Origin: Eledone cirrhosa | Taxonomy: Eukaryota | NCBI GenBank assembly: GCA_964016885.1 | Contig: OZ024741.1 | Coordinates: 229,834,001 to 229,898,000 of the forward strand | Reading direction: 5' to 3' | DNA: 64,000 nt | Part shown: in pieces, positions 1 through 13,369 of the stretch | How the letters are laid out: every line of letters begins with the position of its first letter | Position numbering within the stretch: position 1 is the first letter of the stretch | Translations under genes and position numbers: made by a program | Notes under the pieces: generated by a model | Databases searched by the model: none | What the model was told of the DNA's origin: nothing | What the model saw: the letters and a program-made list of their open reading frames with translations, nothing else

Positions 1-140
1 GTATTATTTTATCACATACCCGTATATATGTGTATATGTATGTATGAGTCTGTGTACGTGTGCGTCTGTGTATGTCTGTGTGTATATATATACGTAGGTG
101 CGTGTGTGTGTGTGTGTGTGTATGTGTGTATAATAGAGGG

Positions 141-3010
141 ATCATCATCATCATCATCATCACCGTTTTACGTCCGTTCTTCCACGCTAGCATGGGTTAG
201 ACGGGTTGTCCTGTTGTGGGCAGTGTCTGGTCGGCTGACCATGCCTTGCTCATACAGGAACTGATTTGGCTTGATTTCTACAGCTGGATGCCCTTCCTAA
301 CACCAACCTCATTTACAGTGAGTGCTGGGTGCTTTTTTTCCGTGGCGCCTACACGTCCACTTTACAGTGTGGGCTGGGTGCTTTTTTGCCGTGGCACCTC
401 CACGACCACCTTGCGGTGGGGGGTGTGGGGGCATATTGTCTATATGCTTCAGCTTGTACCCATGGGAGGTCCGGTACTCTGTATTACTGCGTGACGCCAG
501 AAGTCACGGTCGTGTGTCATTGTCTTTGAGAGGTGTAATTGGGTAAGGTCGGCTTTTATCACCTCATCCCAGGTCATCTTGGGTCTCCCCACTCCGCGGT
601 TTCCATCAACTTCTAGTGCTCTGCACCTTTTTATGCAGCTGTCATCCTTCATACGCATCACATGTCCATACCAGCGCAACCGCCTCACCTGCACACAGCA
701 TTTGATTCCTCTTATGCTCAGTCTCTCTCTCAATTCATTTATGCTTTGTCGTTCACGTATATTATTGTTACACATCCATCGGAGCATGCAGGCTTCGTTT
801 CTCACTAATCTACATAAGTCTTCCACCTTCAGCGCCCAGGTCTCGCTACCATGCAACATCGCTGTTCGGATACACGCATCATACAGTCTGCCTTTCATTC
901 TGAGGGAGAAGCCTTTTGCAGCTAGCAGTGGTAGTAGTTCCCTAAACTTCTTCCATCCCGTTCTTACCCTAGTTATTGCACTTTCTGAACACCCACCTCG
1001 TTGCTAATTCGGTCACCTAGGTAGCAGAAGCTGTCTACTGTTTCTACAGGGCCCTCCCAGAGATTGGTGGTACTTGTTTCCTGTGGCTGTTTGCTGTTTG
1101 CTGTCTCAGCACAGCTGCTGCATGTGAATCTTACATTCTTAATTAAGCTTCCTGAGATCCCGCTACATCTCTTGTGTACCCATTGTTTGCATTTGGGGCA
1201 GAGAATGGAGTTCCTACCTACACCTTTCCTACATACTGAGCAAGGCCATTTCCCTGAGGGGATCTGGGTTCTGTTTTCTCGTCTACTTACAAGGACCTTA
1301 GTCTTTGTCATGTTGACTTTGAGACCCTTTCTTTCTAGTCCCTGCTTCCAGGTTTGGAATTTATTCTCTAGTTCTATCATAGATTCAGCTATGAGTGCGA
1401 GGTCATCAGCATACAGGAGTTCCCATGGGCATCCGGTCTTAAACTCCTCCGTTATTGCCTGCAGGACTATGATGAACAGGAGAGGGCTAAGAACAGAGCC
1501 CTGGTGGACCCCAACCTGTACGCTAAATTCCTCGCTATACTCATTGCTAATCCTAACTTTGCTGACTGCTCCCCTATACATGGTTTGTACCGCTTTCACA
1601 AGCCATTCATCTACTCCTAGTTTTCTAAGAGCCCACCAGATTACAGCACGTGGAACTCTGTCAAAGGCTTTCTCAAGGTCGACAAATGCCAAATAGAGTG
1701 GCTTACTTTTAGCTAGGTACTTTTCCTGTAATTGCCTCACAAGGAAGAGGGCATCAGTGGTGCCTCTTCCTGGTACAAACCCAAATTGCATCTCGTCTAT
1801 TTTCACCCGGTCCCTAATCAGCTGTGCTATAACTCTTTCTGTTACTTTCATGACCTGGTCCATCAACTTTATACCTCTATAGTTTCCTCTATCTAGTGCA
1901 TCGCCTTTACCTTTGTAGCAGTTGACAATGATGCTACTGCACCAATCTTTTGGTATGGCCCCTTCTAGTATTACCTGGTTAACGATACGTGTGGTTATAG
2001 TGTGACCTACAGACCCAGATGCCTTCAGCATCTCGGCAGCTATACCCGATGGACCGGTTGCCTTCCCCATCTTCATATCTTTGATTGCCTTACTTACTAC
2101 GCTGCCGCTGACTTGTACTGCTGGTCCCTCTATAGGGTCTACTTGGGGTAGGGTCTCTTCTTCCCATGCATTCTCCTCATTTAGTAATCTATCATAATGA
2201 CTCTTCCATGCATCTTTCTTCTCAGCACTTGTGAGGGCAAGCTCACCTTTATCATTCCGGATACACTTCTCTCCAATGACATCACAACTATCTCTGACAC
2301 ACTGTCTCGCAATCTTGAATACCTCCTGTTTCTGGTCCTCACGTTGTAAAACATGCTTGAATTTTCTATCCTCTGCTTCCCTCCTAGCTAAGTATACTTG
2401 TCGTCTAGCTTCCCCCCCGTTCTTCCATTCTTTCCATGCCTGTCTCTTGGCCTTGACTGCTTCATCTACCTTATTGTTCCACCACCAAGTCACTCTCCTC
2501 CTGCTTGAGGTCTTACTCCAGCCACAGACCTCATCCGTCGCCTCTAGTAAATTATTTTTTTAGGAACTCCCAGTTCTCTTCTACATTAAATGTCTTTATC
2601 TGTTCTTCTTTACTGTCGTAGGCGTTGAGTAAAATATCTTTAAATCTGTTACTGGTTGAGGGGACTTTCAGCTTCCAGATCTTTCTTCTCCAGGTTGGCT
2701 TCTGTTTCCGGGTTCGTCTAGTTCTGACCGTGAGGTCGCTGACAACTAAGCTATGTTGGGATGTACATTCCTCACTAGGGAAGGCTTTTGTGTTTACGAC
2801 CGTCCATCTGTCACGTCCTCTGGTGAGGTTAAAATCTAACTGACTAGAGTGCTCCCCTGATCTATAGGTGATCAGGCGGTTGTCGGGTTTTTTAAAGTTT
2901 GTGTTACATATCGACATGTCATTGGCGTCGCAGAATTCTAGAAGTCTGAATCCTTCCTCATTCCTTGTGCCAACCCCATGGCCTCCATGTACTCTATTGA
3001 AGCCGTCGCA

Positions 3011-3011
<1 letters not shown>
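141..3011 (-). mobile_element. RTE-clade LINE, subfamily A, 5'-truncated and frameshifted
   Basis: ORFs 2552-2917, 973-2493 and 449-898 give the APE C-terminus, RT (YLAFVDLEKAFDRV, GVHQGSVLSPLLF, LLYADDLAL), a PHD-like finger and the RTE C-terminus (RRLRWYGHVMRM, GRPKMTW). Has a 3' UTR with a (GAT)n tail at ~141-162; the 5' end abuts (TA)n. Near-identical to 47165-51360. Confidence 0.95.
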
Positions 3012-3058
<47 letters not shown>

Positions 3059-3699
3059 ATGTAAATATATACCACATTGTATATAATATATTTCATTGCA
3101 TATTTTTCTTATGTTATTATACTGCTTTATGTTATTATACTGTTTTATGTTATTATACTGTTTTTTATTGCATAATGTATTTTCAACTGTTCACTTACAG
3201 GTGTGTTTATATATGTACATGTATATGCGGTGGCACTTCTGTGTGTGTAGGCAGATGTGCATGCATGCATGTGTATACATGCGGCAGCATGTATGCGTAT
3301 GCATGTGTAGATGTATGTATATCGACCTTGTGTGTGTATGTATGTGTATATATATATATATATATGTGTGTGTGTAGGTACATGTGTAGGCAATGTTTAT
3401 GTATGTATGTGTTTGTATGTGTGTGCGGATATGTGTTAGTTTATGTTTGTGTATGTATGTGTGTGTATATATATATGTATATATATATACATATAGTTAT
3501 CTAATGAACAACATAAGATAATTATTTCGTTTACCAGTGGTTTCAAGTGTGTATATATGTATGTATGTGAATGTATGTGTATATGTATATATGCGTATGT
3601 ATGAGCGCGTGTGTATATATATATATATATCTCTCTTGCTCGCTCACTCCCTACTCGCACCAAATATAAATAAACCTGTTACGAGGTACGAATCTCAGA

Positions 3700-6600
3700 A
3701 TTTGTAAATGTAAAATTGTAAAAATAACATTTTCTTCTTGTCTCCCCACCCTTCGGTTCATTCATCCATATATCTATAATCGCCCAGAATTCAAATCCTA
3801 CTTCTTAATTGCTATTCTATAATTCTGTCTGACTGTTCTAAATAATCTTCTCCTCGCTAACTACCCCATACCCCTCTCGCCCCCACTCTCCACCTTTATT
3901 ATTTGGACCAATCACAAGTCAACGGCCTATGCTATCACTTCTCCTGGTTGCTTTTCGATATGATGGATGGACTAAGGAATTTCTGGAGAGTCTGAAGAAT
4001 CTGGACACTCGAAGGCAATGCCAAAGATAACGACAAATTCACCTCATGCTGCCTGACGAAAGGGCAAGGACTCCTCCTCTTTGTTTCGGCCGCGGATGGC
4101 CAACATAACCCCAACCCCATCCCCCTCACCCCTCCCTGCGCCCCACCCCAAAACTTCAGAGTTGGTACCATGAATGTAGGCACCTTAAAAGGCCGCTCTA
4201 ACGAGGTTGTAGAAATGCTTGAACGTAAGCAGGTTGATGTTTGCTGTATCCAAGAGACGACCAGGTGGAGGGGCGGGTCTGCTAGATTCATTGTGGGTAA
4301 AAAACGATGCTATAAGCTTTTCTGGGTGGGAAATGACAATGGGCTGGGTGGGGTAGAAATCATGTTAGCAGAAAAATGGGTGGATAAGCCAGGTAGATTA
4401 TATCCTTACCAGAAGACGTGACAGAGTGTCTGTTGTAAACACTAAATCCCTCCCCCATGAAGAATGCACCTCCCAACATAGACTGATAATTAGCGACCTC
4501 ATAGTCAAAATGAGACGTACTCGACAACAGAAGAGGACTATCCTCAGGAGAAACATATGGAAGCTAAAGGACCCCACAGCCAGAAATAAATTTAAAAGCA
4601 TATTACTTGATGCTTTCGACAGTAAGGAAGAGCATTTAGAGTCGTACAATATAGAGGAACAGTGGGAATTCCTGAAAGCAAACCTGCTGATGGCGGCAGA
4701 CGAAGTCTGTGGCTGGAGCAGGCCTATAGGCAGGAGGAGAGTAACATGGTGGTGGAACAGTAAGGTGGAGGAGTCAATTAAGGCCAAAAAGCAGGCTTGA
4801 AAAGTATGGCGGGATGGGGGAAGTAGAGAAGACTATCAAGTGGCCAGGAGGGAAGCTAGGAGACAAGTGTACTTCGCAAGAAGGGAAGCAGAGGAAAGAA
4901 AATTCAAGCATGTTCTACAACGCGAGGACCAAAAACGTGAGGTGTTCAGGATTGCTAGGCAATGTGTCAAGGAAAACCGTGATATTGTCGGGGAGAAGTG
5001 TGTCCTTAATGATGATGGTGTACTTGCCATCACTGACGCTGATAAGAAGGTAGCTTGGAAGTGTCACTACGAAAGGCTACTAAATGAGGAGAATAAATGG
5101 GAGAAAGACAGTCTCCCCAATAGAGGGACCAGCAGTGTTAGTCGAAGGTAGTATAATAAGTAAGGCAATCAAAGATATGAAGACGGGTAAGGCGGCTGGG
5201 CCTTCAAAAATAGTTGCTGAAATGCTGAAAGCTTCTGGAACGGTGGGACACACCATGGTCACCCGGATAGTAAACCAAGTCATATAGAATGGGGTTGTTC
5301 CGAAGGACTGGCGTAGCAGCATCATCATTAACTGCTACAAGGGTAAAGGAGATGCCCTAGATAGGAGTAACTATAGAGGCATTAAATTAATCGACCAGGT
5401 CATGAAGGTCACAGAAAAAGTAATAGCGCAACTAATCAGAGAGAGAATTGATCTAGATGAAATACAGTTCGGGTTTGTGTCAGGTAAAAGTACCACAGAC
5501 GCTCTTTTCATTGTACGACAACTACAGGAGAAGTACCTAGCTAAAAGTAAACCCCTATACTTAGCTTTTGTCGACTTGGAGAAAGCCTTTGACAGAGTCC
5601 CCCGTTCCATTATCTGGTGGGCTCTTAGAAAACTAGGTGTTGATGAATGGCTTGTGAGAGCTATACAAGCCATGTATAAAGAAACAGTCAGCAAGGTTAG
5701 AATTAACAACGAATATAATGAAGAGTTTAGCGTAAAAGTTGGGCGTTCATCAGGGCTCCGTTCTTAGCCCACTACTATTTATTATTGCCCTTCAGGCTAT
5801 AACAGTGGAGTTCAAGACCGGCTGCCCATGGGAACTCCTATACGCAGATGATCTAACGCTCATAGCTGAATCAATGGCCGAACTAGAGAAGAAATTCCAA
5901 ACATGGAAGCATGGCCTAGAATCAAAATGCCTTAAAATTAACCTGTCTAAGACTAAAGTTCTAGTTTGTAGGAAGGAAAATAGGGCACCGGTCCCAACCG
6001 GGAAATGGCCATGCTCAGTGTGTAGGAAAGGAGTAGGTAGAAACTCCATTTTATGTCTCAAATGCAAAGTATGGCTGCATAAAAGATGTAGTGGGATCAC
6101 AGGTAAGCTAACTAAGAACATAGATTTTATATGTGGCCGGTGCTCTGGTGCAATAAGTAGCAGCAAGTGCCCACAGAATACAAACTCATTCCCATTGCAC
6201 AGATGGTTCTATAGAAATAGTGGACAGCTTCCGTTACCTGGGTGACAAAATCAGCAGTGGGGAGGGTGCTCTGAAAGTACAGTAGCTAGAGTCAGAACTG
6301 GATGAAAAAAGTTCAGAGAGCTTATACCACTATTAGCCGCTAAAGGGTTCTCCCTAAAAATGAAAGGCAGGCTGTATGATGCCTGCATACAAACAGCAAT
6401 GTTACATGGCAGTGAGACCCGGGCATTGTGTGCAGAGGATATACGCAGACTGGAGAGGAACAAAGCTTGCATGCTCTGCTGGATGTGTAATAGTAATATA
6501 CGTGAATGGCAAAGCATAAACGAACTAAGGGAAAAGTTAGAAATAAGAGGGATCAGATGTTGTTTACTCGAGAGAAGGCTACGTTGGTATGGTCACGTGA

Positions 6601-7140
6601 TGTGCATGAAAGACGACAGCTGTATAAAAAAGTGCAGGACAATAAAAATAGACGGTAGCCATGGAGTAGGCAGACCCAGAAAAACCTGGGACGACTTGAT
6701 AAATTCCGACCTCACACACTTACACCTCTCCAAGACAATGTCACTGGACCGAGATCTTTGGCGCTACACAGTAATAGAGAAGATCCGCCTTACCTAAGTA
6801 CAAAGTGAAACCTACTACAGTCAGTAGGCACCTCTAACAAAATACACCCTCATCCCACTACCGCCACCCCATCCACACCACCCCTTTCAATGTAAAGTTA
6901 TGTTGGTACTACAACATCCAGCCCGAAACAAATGAGGTCGTGTAGGTGTCACGACAAAAAAACACACAGTCCACGCTGTAATGTGGCCGTGTAGGTAACA
7001 CAGTAAAAACCTCCCAGTTCTACACTGTAAATGTGGCAGACAGTCCTATGCGAGCAAGACAACCACTCTTGCCTCAAGTGGGAAAACTCCCGTCCAAACC
7101 CATGCAAGCGTGGAAGATGGACGTTAAACAATGATGATGA

Positions 7141-7143
<3 letters not shown>
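3700..7143 (+). mobile_element. RTE-clade LINE, subfamily B, with internal endonuclease deletion and frameshifts
   Basis: APE N-terminus (VGTMNVGTLKGR..VCCIQET) at 4160-4390 is joined directly to the late APE region. RT, PHD-like and C-terminal motifs are split across ORFs 4426-6797. (GAT)n tail at ~7131-7143. The 5' boundary is approximate. Confidence 0.93.
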
Positions 7144-7196
<53 letters not shown>

Positions 7197-7875
7197 TCTG
7201 AAGACGGCATATATATGTGTTTGGTATGTATATTTAATTTTGATAGTTTGTATAATTTTGTATAATTTTGTACATAGATCTGTTGAATATGCATGCCACT
7301 TCTAACACATATATATCCTAGAAACGATCGTTAAATAATGAACTTTTTTTGTTTAATATAAGGAACTGTTTCATTGTTTTATTCATTATTTTTTTAATAT
7401 TTTATCTTGACTCTGTATTCCGTTTATCTTTCACCGAAAGTGATTTTTCATTGCATCTCTTCTTTCCATGATATCCAGATTACATTGAGTTCTTCATACG
7501 GATTGGACACTACCGTAAACTCTTGGTAGATTTATCTACATATATATATATATATATATTTAAATGTATAGAAGGTTGGCCGTATATGTGTGTGTGCGCA
7601 CATGTGTATGTGTATATATGGGTACGTTTGAATAGGACATGCTTACCCAATTGATACAGAACAGTCAGAAGGCTCGTCGTGGCATGTATCAACAAGTGTG
7701 TGTGACTGGGTCTATGGGAGTGAGGGAGAGAGGGTGTGTGAGTATATATACTGAGATGTATGTATGTGGCCGTGTGGGTGTCTGCGCATGTAGACGTATG
7801 AGTGTGAATGCATAGATATGTGTCTGAATATGTACGTGTTATTATGTGTTTATTCTAGTATGTATGGGTACTTAC

Positions 7876-8096
7876 CCTGAAGTGTTAGCAGACGTGTGAA
7901 GTACTGAACCCAGCATGACTCCATTGAAATGTGTCAGACGGAAAATGGTTGATGAACCGCGTGGCAGCAGATACTGACCAGAACTTGTGATGACGTGGAG
8001 TAAAAACAGCCAATGGCATGACAAGAGTAGATAGAGGGTTTTTTGAGGGTGTTGTTTTGATGACAACACCCTAGTGATAAAATTTGCTCCAGACAT
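7876..8096 (-). CDS. Probable first coding exon of an unidentified secreted or membrane protein
   Basis: Non-repetitive 73-codon frame MSGANFITRVLSSKQHPQKTLYLLLSCHWLFLLHVITSSGQYLLPRG...HTSANTSG, with a hydrophobic signal-like stretch. Upstream acceptor ttctttcag (exon from 8107) and strong donor GG|GTAAGT at 7875. No downstream exon recognised in the window. Confidence 0.5.
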
Positions 8097-8311
8097 AACA
8101 CCCGTGTCTGAAAGAACCTGCAGAAGTAGAATCAGCCAGATCCATGACTCGAGCTACATGCCGGCGAAACATTTGTAATACAAAATAAACTAAGTGCAGA
8201 TGCATCACTGATTTTTCGTTTTCTTGATAATATCTACACTCTACTCTGATGAATATCGAGTGCTAATTTTGGCATACCGCCTACAGAAGCACCATAGCTA
8301 CCACTATACAG

Positions 8312-8346
<35 letters not shown>

Positions 8347-8628
8347 TGCATGTTTGACCGAATGACCAGGTTTCTTGTCTGTTTTTTCTTTATTTGTTTA
8401 TTCCTTACACTTAAGCCAGTTTTGATGGAAAAGGAGTGCAAATCTTTATTTGCTTATTTTGATCTCATTTTTATATTTACATTTATTTGTGTATGTGTTT
8501 AATTTTATATTGTTTGGATATTGTATTCATGTAATATTCATCCTTTTAATAATTTTGTTTATTTTCATAATACTTTGGCATTTTTCATGTTCTGATACAA
8601 GCTCCCTAATGCTGCTAGACTAAATGTT

Positions 8629-8800
8629 TTAACCCTTTAGCATTTATATTACTCTATATTTACTATTATATTTTCATGGTAAAGGCGTTATCTCACAAAA
8701 TATCTCACATAATATCGAATCTATCAGATTTTGATATTATTTATTTTGAGAACAATACCTTAACATCAGTATGAGCACCCAGTCACAGCCGGTTTGAACA
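8629..8800 (+). mobile_element. piggyBac-type MITE, partial
   Basis: Begins TTAA-CCCTTTAGCATTT; same family as 42082-42272 and 42725-42933. Confidence 0.6.
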
Positions 8801-9114
8801 GAAAGAGATGTTTTGTCTTGGTGGTTAGTTTGGGGGAGTTTTATAGTTGAGGGACATAAGGAGAAGGTGGAGCAGAGTCTATTACATAACGAGTTTGCAG
8901 TCGCTGCAGATAATAGTTTTATTATACAGAAACTACATAATATGACAGCTGCAGCTTGATAACATCTGTCTTCCCCATTTGGTGTAGTTGGTGCAGTCAA
9001 TGATTGGTTTGCAAAATTGGAGATGCATGTCAACAGTTGGTTTACAGTGTTTTCTGAGTGTTTTGTTTACAGATTAAAGCAATCAATGCTGTTATGTATG
9101 TATATGAGAAATAG

Positions 9115-9186
<72 letters not shown>

Positions 9187-9469
9187 CATACACACCCCAA
9201 AAAAAATCAAGAGATAGGAATGAAGTTACATGCATACACATGCACATACATATATACAATATTAGTCTACATAAATATTATGTCTGGCAGATTCTACATT
9301 CTCATCTTAGAACTAATTCCTCATGTCTATTACCACATCCTTATTCAATTTCTAGTCTCTCACCTATCTACTCTCCAGTTCACCCACCACTAATTTGTCA
9401 ACACTACTACTATGATGAGTAGTGGCAATGGAAAGTAAATCCAGCTTTAAAATACATATACTTAGAAAA

Positions 9470-9920
9470 ATCAACAATATTTGATGACTTGTCCAATCCT
9501 TTGATGAAATCAGATATTTAATTTGGGCATGTGTGTATGTATATGTGCATGTCTGTAACACACATAACATATGTTTATTAATAATGTAAATAGTGGAATA
9601 CACAGCCACTTATGATATAGTTCCATGAAAAGATAGCTCTGTTGATCGCCTATCCTATCTTGATGAGAAGCATTGATATGAAGGAAATCCGGCATTAAAG
9701 ACCGTTTGTTAGATTATGGAAGAAGCACAAGATTTTGATGACGTCCAATCCTGTGATTAAAACAGATGTTCAATTTAAGTATAGGTGTGTGTGTGTGTGT
9801 GTGTACATGTAACACACACACACACAAACATATATAACAAATATTTCTTAACGATGTAAAGTGGCATAAACAGCCACTTGCTTATAATTTAATGAATAGA
9901 TAGTTCTGTTGATTGCTCAA
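9470..9920. repeat. Diverged ~255-bp tandem duplication
   Basis: The block ttgatgac..gtccaatcct..cagat..catgt..aacacac..cagccactt..gatag.tctgttgat occurs twice in the same order (~9480-9650 and ~9733-9918). Confidence 0.6.
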
Positions 9921-10599
9921 TAGAAACACTTGTTCATAGATGGAAAGAGAGATATATTAAGGGATTGCTCACTTTTAGTTCCATCTGTTTCCTACAATTT
10001 GGTGGTGCTAGGATTTCACTACCCTATTTCACCCTTCGCCTCCCCATGTTTATCTGAACTAAATTGATATGTAGGTGGTAGTGGTGATGTTTCTGGATTT
10101 AGTGGTCATTTAAATTCTTGTTGACCATTTCTGATACAACAGGTCTATGATCAGAGGTATTCTGAGTTCAAATCCTGTAGAGGTCCACTTTGTCTTTCAT
10201 CCTTTCAGCGTTGATAAAGAAAGTACCAGTCCTCTCTCCTTCCTGCTATGACACCCAATGAACCAAAGGAGTATCTCTATCTGCTCGCTATATATGCATA
10301 TATAGCGAGCAGATAGAAATACTCTATATATATGCATACATACGTCAGAACAATCTACATTGACACCTGTACTGTGTGGATCTGATGCTGATGGTCTTGG
10401 GTCAAAGGAGGATTTCTGTGTGTGGGAGCAATCCTATTTTATCATTAACTAAAAAGATCTTCTGGAGGCCCTGGATATTAAAGGCCTTCAATGTCTTCAT
10501 ATTTCTCACATATACAGGAGAGTGCAAACACAGACTGTTATGTACAGAGCTAAAATATTATTATTAATGTTATTCAACACAGTTGCTTGTGATATGTGA

Positions 10600-10860
10600 C
10601 TATGACACAAGACTGTCATTCAGAGACCTGCAAATGAAGACGACCACAGGACTGGGAAACCGAGTATGGGAACTGAAAGATAAAGGGTTACCATATGCAA
10701 TTAAATGAAATATCCTAGACAAGTCAGGCCCTTATATTAAGAGGTGTTCACTTTGCCTAAATGAAAAATTCAGGATATTATGGATTTTTGCCCATTTCTC
10801 AGACATAAAATAGTGAGGTCGACTTACATTTGAGTATATATGGTACTTTTCACTAACAAC
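10600..10860 (+). mobile_element. Penelope-like element GIY-YIG C-terminal remnant
   Basis: Translates as TGLGNRVWELKDKGLPYAIK*NILDKSGPYIKRCSLCLNEKFRIL, resembling the PLE endonuclease tail (WELK..I.W.IL...PY..C.LCL.EK). Confidence 0.55.
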
Positions 10861-11213
10861 ATCCTAATTTAAACAAACTCATTGTTTCACAATCTGGAAA
10901 TTTCACCTGTGTGATACCTTTGTTGCTGATCATTGACAAATCTTTTACTGTCTTCTTGCTAAATGTACCTGATATCTCTCTTCTCATCTAGCTACCAGAT
11001 ATTGTTACTTTCTCCCCACACTTTTTTATTGTCACCAGGTCTGCTTTTGGTTTTTATGGTTCCATCTACTGTATCACACAAGTTACTTCCCCTGGATAAC
11101 AAAAACACCTACTGTATTACCTCCCGTTCACATTATATAAAGCAATGTTGACTATCTTGTTTGTTTTTATGCTTTTTTGCCTGAACGATAAGCAACAACT
11201 AGCACAGATCGTT

Positions 11214-11248
<35 letters not shown>

Positions 11249-11852
11249 GTAAATGTGGTTGGTGTTAGGAAGGGCATCCAGCTGTAGAAAACCCGCCAGA
11301 CAGTCCACGCCGTAATGTGGCCGTGTAGGCAACACGGTAAAAACCTCCCAGCTCCACACTGTAAATGTGGTTGGTGTTAGGAAGGGCATCCAGCTGTAAA
11401 AACCCACCAGACAGTCCACGCTGTAATGTGGCCGTGTAGGCAACACGGTAAAAACCTCCCAGCCCCACACTGTAAATGTGGTTGGTGTTAGGAAAGGCAT
11501 CCAGCTGTAGAAAACCCGCCAGACAGTCCACGCCGTAATGTGGCCGTGTAGGCAACACGGTAAAAACCTCCCAGCTCCACACTGTAAATGTGGTTGGTGT
11601 TAGGAAGGGCATCCAGCTGTAGAAAACCCACCAGACAGTCCACGCTGTAATGTGGCCGTGTAGGCAACACGGTAAAAACCTCCCAGCCCCACACTGTAAA
11701 TGTGGTTGGTGTTAGGAAGGGCATCCAACTGTAGAAAACCCGCCAGACAGTCCTATGCGAGCAAGACAACCAGTCTTGCCTCAAGTGGGAAAACTCCCGT
11801 CCAAACCCATGCAAGCGTGGAACATGGACGTTAAACGATGATGATGATGATG
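11249..11852 (+). repeat. Tandem array of ~112-bp units derived from the RTE-B 3' UTR, ending in the LINE terminus and (GAT)n tail
   Basis: Units start at 11249, 11361, 11472, 11584 and 11696. The sequence matches the 3' UTR of subfamily B (6960-7143; reverse complement of 54450-54660). Confidence 0.9.
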
Positions 11853-12026
11853 ATATACGTTATTCCGGGTTGAATCAGAGGTAACCACAGTAAGTAAAGT
11901 ACTCAATACATAGCAGAGTATAAAAGTTTTAATATAGATGAGATTCTACAGGACTAGAACTGTTTCATATTCCTGATGATTTCTAAAGATTGAAACAGTT
12001 CTAGTCTATAGAATCTCATCTATATT

Positions 12027-12366
12027 CATCATCATCATCATCATTTTATGTCCGCTTTTCCCTGCTTGCAAGGGTGGGACGGGAACTGATTGTGGCTTGA
12101 TTTCTACAGCTGGATGCCCTTCCTAACACCAACCTCATTTACAGTGAGTGCTGGGTGCTTTTTTGCCGTGGCACCTCCACGACCACTTTGCAGTGGAATG
12201 ATAGGGATCCCAGTCCCTATCATCTCATTTCTACAGCTGAGTAAACTGGAGCAATGTGAAATAAAGTGTCTTGCTCAAGGAAACAACACATCACCCAGTC
12301 TGAGAATTGAACTCACAACCTTTCGATTGCAAGACCAATGCTCTAACCACTAAGCCATGTGCCTCC
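12027..12366 (-). mobile_element. tRNA-derived SINE with CORE-like body and RTE-A-derived 3' tail (copy 1)
   Basis: On the minus strand: A box TGGCTTAGTGG, B box GAGTTCAATTC, body CCTTGAGCAAGACACTT, and a tail matching the RTE-A 3' UTR (51100-51250) plus (ATG)n. Near-identical copy at 29540-29882. Confidence 0.85.
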
Positions 12367-13331
<965 letters not shown>

Positions 13332-13369
13332 ACAAGTAAAGAGGCAGGCTGTGTGGTTACTGTAAACAA

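Noticed and set aside
579-1696. Antisense ORFs over LINE coding regions (also 49806-50930, 52175-52729, 55107-56218)
   Set aside because: Shadow frames of RT coding sequence with no independent evidence.
11249-11852. CRISPR-like regular repeat array
   Set aside because: Whole units repeat with no unique spacers, the sequence is LINE 3' UTR, and the context is eukaryotic.
12290-12366. tRNA-Cys-like gene (also 29805-29882)
   Set aside because: No proper acceptor stem, and it continues into a SINE body and LINE tail; it is a SINE head.
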